Source: Solirubrobacteraceae bacterium | Lineage (GTDB): Bacteria; Actinomycetota; Thermoleophilia; Solirubrobacterales; Solirubrobacteraceae | Reading direction: 5' to 3' | NCBI GenBank assembly: GCA_035551395.1 | Contig: DASZNB010000139.1 | Location: forward strand, 1-37,801 | DNA length: 37,801 nucleotides | In this document: positions 18,027 through 29,036 of the stretch, one piece after another | How positions within the stretch are numbered: the stretch's first letter is position 1 | How the letters are laid out: each line of letters begins with the position of its first letter | The notes under the pieces: model-generated | Told to the model about the DNA's origin: nothing | The model's database searches: none | The model's input: the letters and a program-made list of their open reading frames with translations, nothing else | Made by a program: the position numbers and the translations under genes

Positions 18027-19775
18027 TCAGGTGACCTGATAGAGCGGCCCGTCGCCGCCCTCGGGCGTCGTCAGGCGACCGCCCTTGGCGGTGATCGCGC
18101 CGCACTGGATGCAGTTGGTGTAGTTGACGATCACGTCCACTTCGCCGTGCTCGGGGGCGTCGTCGGGGATCTCGTAGACCCCGGCCGGGCACATCCACCG
18201 CCACGTCTCGGCGAGCTCGCGCGGGACGCGCTTGCGCAGGCGGATGTGGTTGGGGGCGTCGTCGCGCGTGGCGTTGCCCGTGATGAACACCGATGAGAGC
18301 TTGTCGAACGTGTATTTCCCGTCCGGCTTGGGATAGCGGTCCTTCGTGTGGCCGATGAACATCGGCCTCGCGTCGTTGCGGTGCCAGGACAGCCGTCCCG
18401 GGGGAAGCTTGCCTTTGGTGGCGATCGCGAGGTTGACGAGCGGTGCGCCGAGCACGAAGCCTTTCTGGAACGGCTGGCGGGTGTTGCGCTCCTGGTAGAG
18501 CTCCGTGCCGACGGTCGAGTCTTCGATCGCCTGCTCATACCCGTCGAACGACGTCTCACCGCGTACGAGCGCCGCGTAGATCGACTCGGCGGCGAGCTTG
18601 CCGGACATCACGCTGTGGTGTACGCCCTTCAGCGCGACCGTGTCGACCATGCCGCCGGCGTCGCCGACGAGCAGGGCGCCGGGCATCGACAGCTTGGGCA
18701 TCGACCAGTAGCCGCCGCCCGGCAGGGCCTTGGCCCCCCAGGCGACGCGCTCGCCGCCGGCGAGAATGCCCTTGACGAGCGGGTGGAGCTTGAACAGCTG
18801 AAGCAGGTCGTGGGCTGAGGTCGTCGCGTCGGCGTACTCCAGGTCGATCACGAAGCCGATGCTGACGAGGTCCTCGCCGGTCTTCTCATCCTTCATCGGG
18901 TAGAGCCAGGTGCCGCCGATCTGCCCGTAGCGCGCGGACAGCTTCAGCGGCCACGGGCCGATCGTGTGGATCACGCGATCGAGCGGCTTGGGGACCTTCC
19001 AGACCTCCTTGACACCGAGCTCCCAGACCTGCGGCTCGCGGCCGTCGGCGAGGTCGAACTCCTTGATCGCGGCGCCCGTCAGATGCCCCCAGCATCCCTC
19101 CGCGAGAACCGTCGCCTGGGCCTTGATGTCGGTGCCGGGCTCGAAGTTGCCGAGCGGCTCGCCATCCTTGCCGCGGCCCTTGTCGCCCGATCGCACGCCG
19201 ACGACGCGCCCGTCCTCGACGACGAGCTGCGACGCGGATGTCTCGGTGAGGATGTAGGCCCCGCCCTCCTCGGCCTCGCGCTGTTGAAAGCGCGCCATCG
19301 CCGACACGGAGATGACCTCGTTACCGTGGTTCTTGAAGTTGGGTGGAGTCGGTATCCGCAACTTCGTCTTCGCCGTCGGCGTCATGTAGACCGCCTCCTT
19401 CGTGACTTCGCCATAGGCGAAGCCCTCCTTGCGCCAATCCTCGCGCGTGAGCGCGGGGAACAGCTCCTGCAGCGGACCGGGACGCATGACGGCGCCCGAG
19501 AGGTTGTGCCCACCGCAGGTCTTGGCCTTCTCGACCACCGCGACGGGGACCTCGCCGAGACGCTCCATCGTCTCGGGATCGTCGGCCAGCAGCTGCAGCA
19601 GGCGATTCGCGCACGACAGACCGGCGGTGCCGCCACCGACGATCGCGACGCCGACCTCGATCAGCTCGTCCTCGGGGTCGAGCCCCCGCTTGATGAACTC
19701 CTTGCGCGAGTCGACGGGGGGTGGAAAGGCGGCCGGAGCGACCTTCCCGTTCGCGGAGCCGTCGTGGCCCGACAT
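18027..19775 (-). CDS. Electron-transfer flavoprotein:quinone oxidoreductase (ETF-QO; FixC+FixX-like)
   Basis: FAD motif VAIVGGGTAG, HNLSGA, LAEG..G.L, GVKEVW and GDAGG...KGVH. C-terminal CPAGVYE..NCIQC..PEGGDGP. Follows etfBA. Confidence 0.9.
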   Translation of the reverse strand: MSGHDGSANGKVAPAAFPPPVDSRKEFIKRGLDPEDELIEVGVAIVGGGTAGLSCANRLLQLLADDPETMERLGEVPVAVVEKAKTCGGHNLSGAVMRPGPLQELFPALTREDWRKEGFAYGEVTKEAVYMTPTAKTKLRIPTPPNFKNHGNEVISVSAMARFQQREAEEGGAYILTETSASQLVVEDGRVVGVRSGDKGRGKDGEPLGNFEPGTDIKAQATVLAEGCWGHLTGAAIKEFDLADGREPQVWELGVKEVWKVPKPLDRVIHTIGPWPLKLSARYGQIGGTWLYPMKDEKTGEDLVSIGFVIDLEYADATTSAHDLLQLFKLHPLVKGILAGGERVAWGAKALPGGGYWSMPKLSMPGALLVGDAGGMVDTVALKGVHHSVMSGKLAAESIYAALVRGETSFDGYEQAIEDSTVGTELYQERNTRQPFQKGFVLGAPLVNLAIATKGKLPPGRLSWHRNDARPMFIGHTKDRYPKPDGKYTFDKLSSVFITGNATRDDAPNHIRLRKRVPRELAETWRWMCPAGVYEIPDDAPEHGEVDVIVNYTNCIQCGAITAKGGRLTTPEGGDGPLYQVT

Positions 19776-19776
19776 C

Positions 19777-20757
19777 TCAGCTTCCCTTCTTTGCCTTCAC
19801 AGCCTCTGTCAGCTTGGGAAGGATCTTGTTGAGGTCGCCGACGATTCCGAGGTCGGAGAATTCGAAGATCGGGGCGTTCGCATCCTTGTTGATCGCGACG
19901 ATGTTCTCCGAGCTCTGCATCCCGACCTTGTGCTGGATCGCGCCCGAGATGCCGGCCGCCAGATACAGCTTCGGCGACACCGTCTTGCCCGTCTGGCCGA
20001 TCTGCGCCGCGTAGGGGTACCAGCCGGCGTCCACGACCGCCCGCGTGGCCGCCACCGCGCTGTTGCCACCGAAGGCCTTGGCGAGCTCCTCGGCGAGCTG
20101 GAAGCCCTCGGCTTTGCCGAGTCCGCGGCCACCGGCGACGAGGATGTCGGCGCCCTCGATGTCGACGTCCGCGCCGCGCTGTTCGCCGCGCGTGACCATC
20201 GTGGCCTGCGAGGCGTGCGGGCTGAGCTCGAAGCTGAGCTGCTCGACCGGTGCGTCGCCGGCCCCGCTCTGGAGGATCTCGAACGCGTTCAGACGCCCGA
20301 TGATGATGCCGACCTGCGAGCGATATTTGATCTCGGAGATCGCCGAGTCGCCGAGGATCGGGCGCTCCGCGATCAGCTCGCCCCCCTCAGCGCGCACCGC
20401 CGTCACCTCCATCGCTACGCCTGCGCCGAGGCGCGCGGCGAGACCGGCGCCGATCTCGAACCCGAGCAGACCACCGCCGAACAGCGCGTAGGAGTAGCCG
20501 CCGTCGGTGATCGCCCTCGCCATCGCGTCGACGAGCGGCTGCGCGAGCCCCTCCGGGCCCTCGGCGACGAGCACCTTCTTGGCGCCGTAGTTGCCGAGCG
20601 ACGCGGCGAGCTCGTGCGGGACGTTCTCGCCCAGCAGGATCGCGTGTGCCTCGCCACCGAGCTCCGCCGCCAGCTTGGCGCCCTCGGAGACGGCGCCGAG
20701 GGAGTTCTTGTTGATCGCACCGTCGTAATGCAGCGCGTAAACCAGGATGTTGGCCAT
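19777..20757 (-). CDS. etfA: Electron transfer flavoprotein alpha subunit
   Basis: Motifs VAGGRGLG, QIGQTGKTVSPKLY, GISGAIQH and AINKDANAPIF. Confidence 0.96.
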   Translation of the reverse strand: MANILVYALHYDGAINKNSLGAVSEGAKLAAELGGEAHAILLGENVPHELAASLGNYGAKKVLVAEGPEGLAQPLVDAMARAITDGGYSYALFGGGLLGFEIGAGLAARLGAGVAMEVTAVRAEGGELIAERPILGDSAISEIKYRSQVGIIIGRLNAFEILQSGAGDAPVEQLSFELSPHASQATMVTRGEQRGADVDIEGADILVAGGRGLGKAEGFQLAEELAKAFGGNSAVAATRAVVDAGWYPYAAQIGQTGKTVSPKLYLAAGISGAIQHKVGMQSSENIVAINKDANAPIFEFSDLGIVGDLNKILPKLTEAVKAKKGS

Positions 20758-20774
20758 AACTTGTCAGCGTCTCC

Positions 20775-21566
20775 TTAGATGAGCTTGCGCTCGTCGAGCC
20801 AGGCGATGATCTTTTCGACCGTCTCGCCGGTGTCCTCGTCCTCGATGATCTCGCCGGCGGCCTTCGCGGGCGGCGCCTTGGCGGCGACCCATTGGGCGGC
20901 TGAGTTATCGCCGCCGACCTTGCCGGCGTCGATCTCGGCGTCTGCGGCGGTGATGCTGTCGAGCGGCTTCTTCTTCGCGCCCATGATCGCCTTCAGCGAC
21001 GGGTAGCGGGGCTCGTTGATCGCATCGCCGACCGAGATCACGGCGGGCAGCTTCACCTGCACCGTGTCATAGCCGTACTCGGCCTGGCGCTCGCAGCGCA
21101 GAGCGTCGGACTCGACGTCCATCTTGATCACCTGCGTGAGCGAGGGCATGCCCAGGTGCTCGGCCACGACGGCGCCGATCGTGTAGCACTCGCCGTCGTC
21201 GGACTGCTGTCCGAGCAGCACGAGATCGGGACTCTCGCGCTGCAGCGTCTTCGCCAGCGCGTAGCCGGTCGCGGCGACGTCGGAGCCGGCGACTGCGGGG
21301 TCGCTCAGGTGGACCGAGCGGTCCGCGCCCAGCGAGACGGCCTTGTGCAGCGCGCGGACCGCGCTGTCGGGGCCCATCGTCACGGCGACGATCTCCTCGA
21401 CCGGCACCGCGCCGCCCTCCTTGATCTGCATCGCCGCCTCGATGGCGTGCGTGTCATACGGGTTGAGGTTCTTCTCCCCGCTGCGGTCCATGCGCCCCGT
21501 CGAAGGATCGATCCTCTTCTCGACGGCGGCGTCCGGAACCTCCTTCACCAGGACGCATATCTTCAT
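20775..21566 (-). CDS. etfB: Electron transfer flavoprotein beta subunit
   Basis: Motifs VLVKEVPD, NPYD..AIE, G.QSDDG and NEPRYPSLKAIMGAKKK. SD AAGGAG is present. Confidence 0.96.
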   Translation of the reverse strand: MKICVLVKEVPDAAVEKRIDPSTGRMDRSGEKNLNPYDTHAIEAAMQIKEGGAVPVEEIVAVTMGPDSAVRALHKAVSLGADRSVHLSDPAVAGSDVAATGYALAKTLQRESPDLVLLGQQSDDGECYTIGAVVAEHLGMPSLTQVIKMDVESDALRCERQAEYGYDTVQVKLPAVISVGDAINEPRYPSLKAIMGAKKKPLDSITAADAEIDAGKVGGDNSAAQWVAAKAPPAKAAGEIIEDEDTGETVEKIIAWLDERKLI

Positions 21567-21600
21567 TCTCTACGGCTCTCCTTGGGGTCTGTTGAAAGCG

Positions 21601-21635
21601 ATCCTAGCGCTTCGGGTGGTTGACTGACGAGTCAA
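21601..21635 (-). promoter_or_regulatory. etf promoter: -10 TAGGAT plus a perfect palindrome TTGACT-N4-AGTCAA
   Basis: atccta at 21601-21606 and TTGACTGACGAGTCAA at 21620-21635. Confidence 0.6.
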
Positions 21636-22067
21636 TCAGTTGTTCGAGGAGCGTCCCCCGGCAGCGCCGCGGATGAAATCGACGATCGCCTGTGTGGGGG
21701 CCCCCGGGGTGAACACCTCGGCGACGCCGAGGCTCTTGAGCTCGGGGATGTCCTCGGCTGGGATCGTGCCCCCGACCGTGATGACGACGTCGTCGATGCC
21801 CTGCTCGTGCAGGAGCGCGACGACGCGGGGCACCAGCGTCATGTGGGCGCCCGAGAGGATCGACAGCCCGACGGCGTCGGCGTCCTCCTGGATGACGGTC
21901 TCGACGATCTGCTCGGGCGTCTGGTGCAGGCCGGTGTAGATGACCTCCATGCCGGCGTCACGCAGCGCACGCGCGATGATCTTGGCGCCGCGATCGTGGC
22001 CGTCGAGGCCGGGCTTGGCGACGACCACGCGAATCTTGCTCCTCGTGCTCGGGGCGGTGGATGCCAT
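21636..22067 (-). CDS. Cobalamin-binding small subunit of an acyl-CoA mutase (methylmalonyl/isobutyryl-CoA mutase type)
   Basis: Motifs [13 protein letters not shown] (DxHxxG), SILSGAH and GGTIP. Confidence 0.93.
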   Translation of the reverse strand: MASTAPSTRSKIRVVVAKPGLDGHDRGAKIIARALRDAGMEVIYTGLHQTPEQIVETVIQEDADAVGLSILSGAHMTLVPRVVALLHEQGIDDVVITVGGTIPAEDIPELKSLGVAEVFTPGAPTQAIVDFIRGAAGGRSSNN

Positions 22068-22129
22068 AGCCGGGGAGATTACGCGCTAGCGGCCAGCTCC
22101 CGCGGACAGCGCGCCTGCCGGCCCTCCAC

Positions 22130-23023
22130 TCAGCGCCGGCGGCGCCCGCGCGCGCCCGCCGCGGCGCCGCGGCGCGTGGGAGCTCGAGGCTGGCTCGCGC
22201 GGGGACCGGCGGCGCGGACGCGCGAGCCGCGAGGCGAGGGCGAACGGTCGCGCGCGAGCCGGCCGAGCGACGCCGCGGCGGTTCCGGCGCCAACCGCGGC
22301 GAGCAGCTTCAGCCGCCGGCCGAGGCGGTCGAGCTCGATCACCTCCCACCCTTCCTCCGCGGCGATCCGGCGCAGCGCGGCATCGGGGTTCACGACCACC
22401 GCGTGGCGCACCGCACGCAACATCGGCAGGTCGGACTCGGAGTCCGAGTAGGCGTAGGAGGACGCGAGCTCGATTCCCTCGCGCTCGGACAGCCCGCGCA
22501 TCGAGAGGACCTTGCCCTCGCGGTAGTTGAACGGTCCGGCCGGGCGGCCTGTGTAGCGGCCGTCGACGATCTCCGAGCGGGACCCGAGGCCGCCGTCGAA
22601 CGCGAGCACACGAGCCAGCAGGTCAGCCATCTCCTGCGAGGCGGCCGTGAGGATGTATACGGGCAGTCCGGCGTCCTGGTGGGCGTAGGCGCGCTCGAGC
22701 ATCTGCGGATACAGGCGCGGCAGCACGCCCGCGAGCACCCGCGGCGAGAGTCGCTCGAGGTCGCGAACACGAACGCCCGCGATCATCTCCCCGACGCGCC
22801 GGCGAACGTCGTCGGCGCGGTCGTCGGTCGAGCCGAGCAGGCGGAAGCGGACGTTCTCATAGATGTCGCGGACCAGGCGCCGGCGCGAGATCATCCCCGT
22901 CTCGTAGGCCGCACGCGCGAAGAAGATGCCCGACGAGCCCGCCATCAGCGTCTTGTCGAGGTCGAAGAACGCGGCGGCCCGCGACCCGTTCTGCTGCGCA
23001 GCGGCGCGACCGTCGTCGAGCAC
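22130..23023 (-). CDS. HAD-superfamily hydrolase, subfamily IB
   Basis: Motifs AFFDLDKTL, ILTAA, K and AYSDSESDLPML..V......NPD. Confidence 0.9.
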   Translation of the reverse strand: MLDDGRAAAQQNGSRAAAFFDLDKTLMAGSSGIFFARAAYETGMISRRRLVRDIYENVRFRLLGSTDDRADDVRRRVGEMIAGVRVRDLERLSPRVLAGVLPRLYPQMLERAYAHQDAGLPVYILTAASQEMADLLARVLAFDGGLGSRSEIVDGRYTGRPAGPFNYREGKVLSMRGLSEREGIELASSYAYSDSESDLPMLRAVRHAVVVNPDAALRRIAAEEGWEVIELDRLGRRLKLLAAVGAGTAAASLGRLARDRSPSPRGSRVRAAGPRASQPRAPTRRGAAAGARGRRRR

Positions 23024-23029
23024 TGGCGG

Positions 23030-24205
23030 TTAAACCTTGAGGATTACCGCGTCGCCTTGCCCGCCGCCAGAGCAGATCGCGGCGCAACCGAGGCCGCCGC
23101 CACGACGGCGCAGCTCGTGCACGATGCTGCCGAGGATGCGCGCGCCCGAGGCGCCGATCGGGTGGCCGAGGGCGACGGCGCCGCCGTTGACGTTGACCCG
23201 ATCCTCGTCGATCCCGAGCATGCGGATCGAGTTGAGCGTGACCGACGCGAACGCCTCGTTGATCTCCCACAGGTCGATGTCGCCGGGCTGCAGGCCGGCC
23301 TTCTCGAGCGCCTTCTTGGCCGCGCTCGCAGGCGTGGTGGCGAGATATGCGAAGTCGTTGGCGCTCTGTGCGTGGGCGACGATCTCGGCGAGCGCCTCCT
23401 TGCCGTTGGCCTGGGCCCACTCCTCGGAGGACACGACGAGCGCGCCGCCACCGTCGTTGACGCCGGGCGAGTTGCCGGCCGTGTGCGAGCCCTCCTTGCC
23501 GACGAGCCCCGGGAGCTTCGCGAGCGCCTCCAGCGAGGTATCCCGGCGCGGGCCCTCGTCGATCTCGACGACCGTGTCGCCCTTGCGGCCCTTCACGGTC
23601 ACCGCCACGATCTCATCCGACATGCGGCCCTCGTCGATCGCCTTGAGCGCAAGCTCGTGCGAGCGCAGCGCCCAGCGGTCGAGGTCCGCACGGGTCACCT
23701 CCAGCTCGTCTCCCACCTCGGTCGCCTCCACGAACATCTGCTTGCCGGAGAACGGGTTGGTGAGTCCGTCGTGGACCATCGCATCGAGCATCTTCGCGTC
23801 GCCCATGCGATATCCGAAGCGTGCCTGCGGGAGCAGATAGGGAGCCTTCGACATCGACTCCATGCCCCCGCCCACGCCGACCTGGAGGTCGCCCGCGCGA
23901 ATCGCCTGGTCGAGGATCACGCTCGCGCGCAGGCCGGAGGCGCACACCTTGTTGATCGTCTCGGAGGAGACCTCCTTAGGGATCCCCGCCTTGATCTGCG
24001 CCTGGCGCGAGGGGATCTGTCCCTGGCCCGCCTGCAGCACCTGGCCGACGACCACGTGCTCGACCTGGTCGGGCTCGACGCCCGCGCGCTCGAGGGCCGC
24101 GCCGATCGCGGCCGCGCCGAGCTCCGTGGCATCGAGCGAGGCGAGGCCCCCGCCCATCTTGCCGATGGGCGTGCGCGCGGTGCCGAGGATCACGGTCTTG
24201 GGCAT
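23030..24205 (-). CDS. Acetyl-CoA C-acyltransferase (thiolase)
   Basis: Motifs NKVCASG, EINEAF, GHPIGASG and ICSGGGQG. ATG 24205 follows SD AGGAG. Confidence 0.96.
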   Translation of the reverse strand: MPKTVILGTARTPIGKMGGGLASLDATELGAAAIGAALERAGVEPDQVEHVVVGQVLQAGQGQIPSRQAQIKAGIPKEVSSETINKVCASGLRASVILDQAIRAGDLQVGVGGGMESMSKAPYLLPQARFGYRMGDAKMLDAMVHDGLTNPFSGKQMFVEATEVGDELEVTRADLDRWALRSHELALKAIDEGRMSDEIVAVTVKGRKGDTVVEIDEGPRRDTSLEALAKLPGLVGKEGSHTAGNSPGVNDGGGALVVSSEEWAQANGKEALAEIVAHAQSANDFAYLATTPASAAKKALEKAGLQPGDIDLWEINEAFASVTLNSIRMLGIDEDRVNVNGGAVALGHPIGASGARILGSIVHELRRRGGGLGCAAICSGGGQGDAVILKV

Positions 24206-24379
24206 GAAGCAGGCATCTCCTGTAGGTAGAGCGAAGCGGTCAGAGACCGGGAATGGTAGTGGACGAGCTTGCCGGCCCGGCGGGCCGACACCCTCGGCAG
24301 CGGGGCCGGCACGCGCGCGGGCGCCCGTCCCCGCGAGCGCGCAAGGCGCGCCGAACGCGCGCGGGATATCGTGGCGGCG

Positions 24380-25810
<1,431 letters not shown>

Positions 25811-25831
<21 letters not shown>

Positions 25832-25922
25832 GCGCAGGCTCACACCCCGGCGAGCTGGCGCAGCCAGCGCGCTCCTACGGCGCCTGAGCGCAGGCTCACA
25901 CCCCGACGGGCTGGCGCAGCCA
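25811..25922. repeat. Tandem duplication of a 56-bp unit (2 copies, 2 mismatches) spanning the convergent pepA and hydrolase ends
   Basis: 25811-25866 and 25867-25922 read gcgcgctcctacggcgcctgagcgcaggctcacaccccg(g/a)cg(a/g)gctggcgcagcca. Each copy holds the hairpin GCCTG-agcg-CAGGC. Confidence 0.9.
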
Positions 25923-26696
25923 GCGGGCGACGACGGCCCACGCCTCGCCACGGGGATCGATGTGCGCGCGATGCCCCCCGGCCGGCCCGTCGAGCTCGAC
26001 GAGCTCGACGTCTCCGCCGGCCGCGCGGGACTGGCCGGCGTAGCGGCGGCTCAGCTCGATCGAGACGGTCGCGTCGATCACCCCGTGGACGAGCAGCACG
26101 GGCATCGCCAGAGGCACCTGCGCGAGCGGATCGCCGAGCGCATAACGCTGCGCCAGCTCCTGCGGGGAGCCGCCCATCAACGCCGCTGCCGCGCCGCCGT
26201 GCCAGCGCCGGTAGGCGCCCGCGAGGTCGCACACGCCCGCCTGGCTGATCACGCGCCTGAAGGCGATCGCCGGGGAGCCCCCAGGTGCCCCCTCCGGCAG
26301 GCGCTCGCGCGCGGCCGCCCACAGGGCGAGATGGCCTCCGGCCGAGTGCCCGAGCACGCTCACGCTGTCGAGGTCCAAGGGCTCCTCGAGCGTGGTGAGG
26401 TGATCGACCGCGGCCGCCACGTCGGCGAACGTCGCCGGCCAGCCGCCGCCCTCGCCGACACGGCGGTACTCGATGTTCCACACCGCCCAGCCGCGGCGCA
26501 CGAGGTCGCCGACGAGCCCGCGCATGACCACCCTGCCGTAGCGGCGCTGCCAGGAGCCGCCGTGGATCGCCACCATCACCGGGTGCGGACCGGCGCCGTG
26601 CGGCAGGTACAGGTCGGCCCGCTGTGAGCGATGCGCGCCGTAGCGGTGGGTGCGCCCGCGGGTGAGGAAGTCGAGGACCAATCTCGTGCGCGCCAT
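25896..26696 (-). CDS. Alpha/beta hydrolase (BD-FAE/HSL-like esterase)
   Basis: Motifs HGGSW, NIEYRR, GHSAGG, HG..D..V and GH. Start at ATG 26696. Confidence 0.9.
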   Translation of the reverse strand: MARTRLVLDFLTRGRTHRYGAHRSQRADLYLPHGAGPHPVMVAIHGGSWQRRYGRVVMRGLVGDLVRRGWAVWNIEYRRVGEGGGWPATFADVAAAVDHLTTLEEPLDLDSVSVLGHSAGGHLALWAAARERLPEGAPGGSPAIAFRRVISQAGVCDLAGAYRRWHGGAAAALMGGSPQELAQRYALGDPLAQVPLAMPVLLVHGVIDATVSIELSRRYAGQSRAAGGDVELVELDGPAGGHRAHIDPRGEAWAVVARWLRQPVGV

Positions 26697-26742
26697 GGGG
26701 AGGGCATCCTTCCAGACGCGACATGTGAGAATGGCCATCGCG

Positions 26743-27891
26743 ATGGACTTCGAGCTCTCCCCCGACCACGAGCTGATCAGGCGCACCGTGCGGGAGTTCG
26801 CCGAAGGAGAGGTCGCACCGGCGGCCGCGGAGCTCGACCGCACGAAGTCCTTCCCCTACGAGATCGTCGCCAAGCTCGGCGCGCTCAACCTGATGGGCAT
26901 CCCGTTCCCGGAGGAGTACGGGGGCGGGGGCGGCGACACGCTCGCCTACGCGCTCGCCGTCGAGGAACTGACGCGGGCAGACTCCTCGGTCGCGATCACG
27001 CTCTGCGCGCACACCTCGCTGGGAACGCAGCCGCTGTACCTGTACGGCAGCGAGGAGCAGAAGCGCGAGTGGCTGCCGCGGCTGTGCTCGGGCGAGCGCC
27101 TCGGCGCGTTCGGACTGACCGAGCCGGAGGCCGGCTCCGACGCGGGGAACACGCGCACCCGCGCGCGACTGGCGGACGGCGAGTGGACAGTCGACGGCGC
27201 CAAGCAGTTCATCACCAACGCCGGCACCGGCATCTCCGGAGTGGTCTGCATCACGGCTGTCACCGGCGAGCTCCAGGGCGGCGGCAAGGAGATCTCGAAC
27301 GTGATCGTGCCGAACGGCACTCCGGGCTACGACCAGGGCGAGCCCTACCGGAAGATGGGCTGGAACGCCTCCGACACGCGCCCCTTGACGTTCAGCGACT
27401 GCCGCGTGCCGGAGGAGAACCTGCTCGGCCCGCGCGGGGCCGGCTTCAAGCAGTTCCTGCACATCCTCGACATCGGCCGCATCGGCGTCGCTGCGATGGG
27501 CGTCGGGCTGGCCCAGGGCGCGCTCGACGAGGCACTCGCGTACGCCAAGGAGCGCCGCGCGTTCGGCAAGGCGATCTCGAAGTTCCAGGCGATCCAGTGC
27601 AAGCTCGCCGACATGGCGACCGAGATCGCCGCAGCGCGCCTGCTCGTGTACAAGGCCGCGCTGGAGAAGGACGCGAACAAGAACTTCACGCTCACGGCCG
27701 CGCAGGCGAAGCTCAAGACCGGTCGCCTGGCGGTGCGCTGCGCGGAGGAGGCCGTGCAGATTCACGGCGGCTACGGCTTCATCGAGGAGTACCCCGTCTG
27801 CCGCTTCTACCGCGACGCGAAGATCCTCACGATCGGCGAGGGCACCGACGAGATCCAGCAGATGGTGATCGCCCGCGCGCTCGGCGCCTAG
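26743..27891 (+). CDS. Acyl-CoA dehydrogenase
   Basis: Motifs FGLTEPEAGSD, G.KQFITN, QIHGGYGF and TIGEGTDEIQ. Confidence 0.96.
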   Translation: MDFELSPDHELIRRTVREFAEGEVAPAAAELDRTKSFPYEIVAKLGALNLMGIPFPEEYGGGGGDTLAYALAVEELTRADSSVAITLCAHTSLGTQPLYLYGSEEQKREWLPRLCSGERLGAFGLTEPEAGSDAGNTRTRARLADGEWTVDGAKQFITNAGTGISGVVCITAVTGELQGGGKEISNVIVPNGTPGYDQGEPYRKMGWNASDTRPLTFSDCRVPEENLLGPRGAGFKQFLHILDIGRIGVAAMGVGLAQGALDEALAYAKERRAFGKAISKFQAIQCKLADMATEIAAARLLVYKAALEKDANKNFTLTAAQAKLKTGRLAVRCAEEAVQIHGGYGFIEEYPVCRFYRDAKILTIGEGTDEIQQMVIARALGA

Positions 27892-27976
27892 CGGGCTCCG
27901 GACGCGTCGAGGCGGGCCGCGGAGCGGGACCGGCGGGGGCCCGGCCAGGCGGCGCAGCGGTGCAGCCCCGAGCCGG

Positions 27977-28966
27977 CTACTCGACAGCCTGCGCCAGCCG
28001 TGCGGCGCGCTCGAGCAGCGCCGACGCCGCGCTCGCGGGATCGAGCTCGCGGCGCACCACCTCGCCGATCAGGCGCTGGAACTCGGCGTCCTCATGGAGG
28101 TCCTGCTCCAGGCGCCGGCGCATACGGGCGGTCGCGATCGCGAGCACCTCGTTGCGCAGGTTGCGCCCGCGGCGCTCCTCCAGCTGACCGGCGGCGAGAA
28201 TGTGGGCGCGGTGCTCGCGCAGGGCCTCGACGAGCTCCTCGACGCCGCGTCCGAGCGTGGCCTCGGCCTTGATGATCGGCACCCGCCAGCTGCCGCGCGC
28301 CTCCTCAGCCGTGCGGTCGAGGTTGGCGAGCGAGAGCACGCCCCTGATCTCGCGAACCATCGTGTCGGTCAGCGGGTGATCGGCCTTGTTGATGACGATC
28401 ACGTCGGGGATCTCCATCACGCCGGCCTTCAGTGCCTGGATCGAATCGCCCGAGCCGGGCATCAGCACGAGCACGATCGTGTCGGCGTGATCGATGATGT
28501 CGATCTCCGCCTGGCCCACGCCGACCGTCTCCACGAACACGTCCTCACGGCCGGCCGCGTCGAGCAGGAGAGCGGCCTGGAGGGCCGCCTCGGACAGGCC
28601 TCCCAGCGCACCGCGATTGGCCATCGAGCGGATGAACACGCCGTGGTCGAGGAAGTGCTCCGACAAACGGATGCGGTCGCCCAGCAGCGCACCGTGCGTG
28701 AACGGCGAGGAGGGGTCGATCGAGAGGACGCCCACGGTTCGCCCGGCCGCCCTGCGGGCCTTCGTGAGCGCACCGATCAGGGTCGACTTGCCGACCCCCG
28801 GGGGGCCGGTGAAGCCGACCACCTCCGCCCGTCCGGTGTGCGGGTAGACCTCCTTGACGAGCTCCCAGCCCTCGGGGCTGTCGTCCTCGACGAGCGTGAT
28901 CGCACGCGCGAGCGCGCGGCGGTCGCCTGCGAGCAGGCGCTGTGCGAGGTTCGGCTCGTCAGCCAT
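27977..28966 (-). CDS. meaB: MeaB/ArgK GTPase chaperone of B12-dependent mutases
   Basis: Motifs GPPGVGKST, IDPSSP..GALLGDRIR, ETVGVGQ and NKAD. Confidence 0.95.
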   Translation of the reverse strand: MADEPNLAQRLLAGDRRALARAITLVEDDSPEGWELVKEVYPHTGRAEVVGFTGPPGVGKSTLIGALTKARRAAGRTVGVLSIDPSSPFTHGALLGDRIRLSEHFLDHGVFIRSMANRGALGGLSEAALQAALLLDAAGREDVFVETVGVGQAEIDIIDHADTIVLVLMPGSGDSIQALKAGVMEIPDVIVINKADHPLTDTMVREIRGVLSLANLDRTAEEARGSWRVPIIKAEATLGRGVEELVEALREHRAHILAAGQLEERRGRNLRNEVLAIATARMRRRLEQDLHEDAEFQRLIGEVVRRELDPASAASALLERAARLAQAVE

Positions 28967-29036
28967 GGCGTCGGCAATCATCGCAGGGGCCGCGCGCCGC
29001 CCGTCCAACGCCGGCGTCGCTTACGATGCCAGGCCG

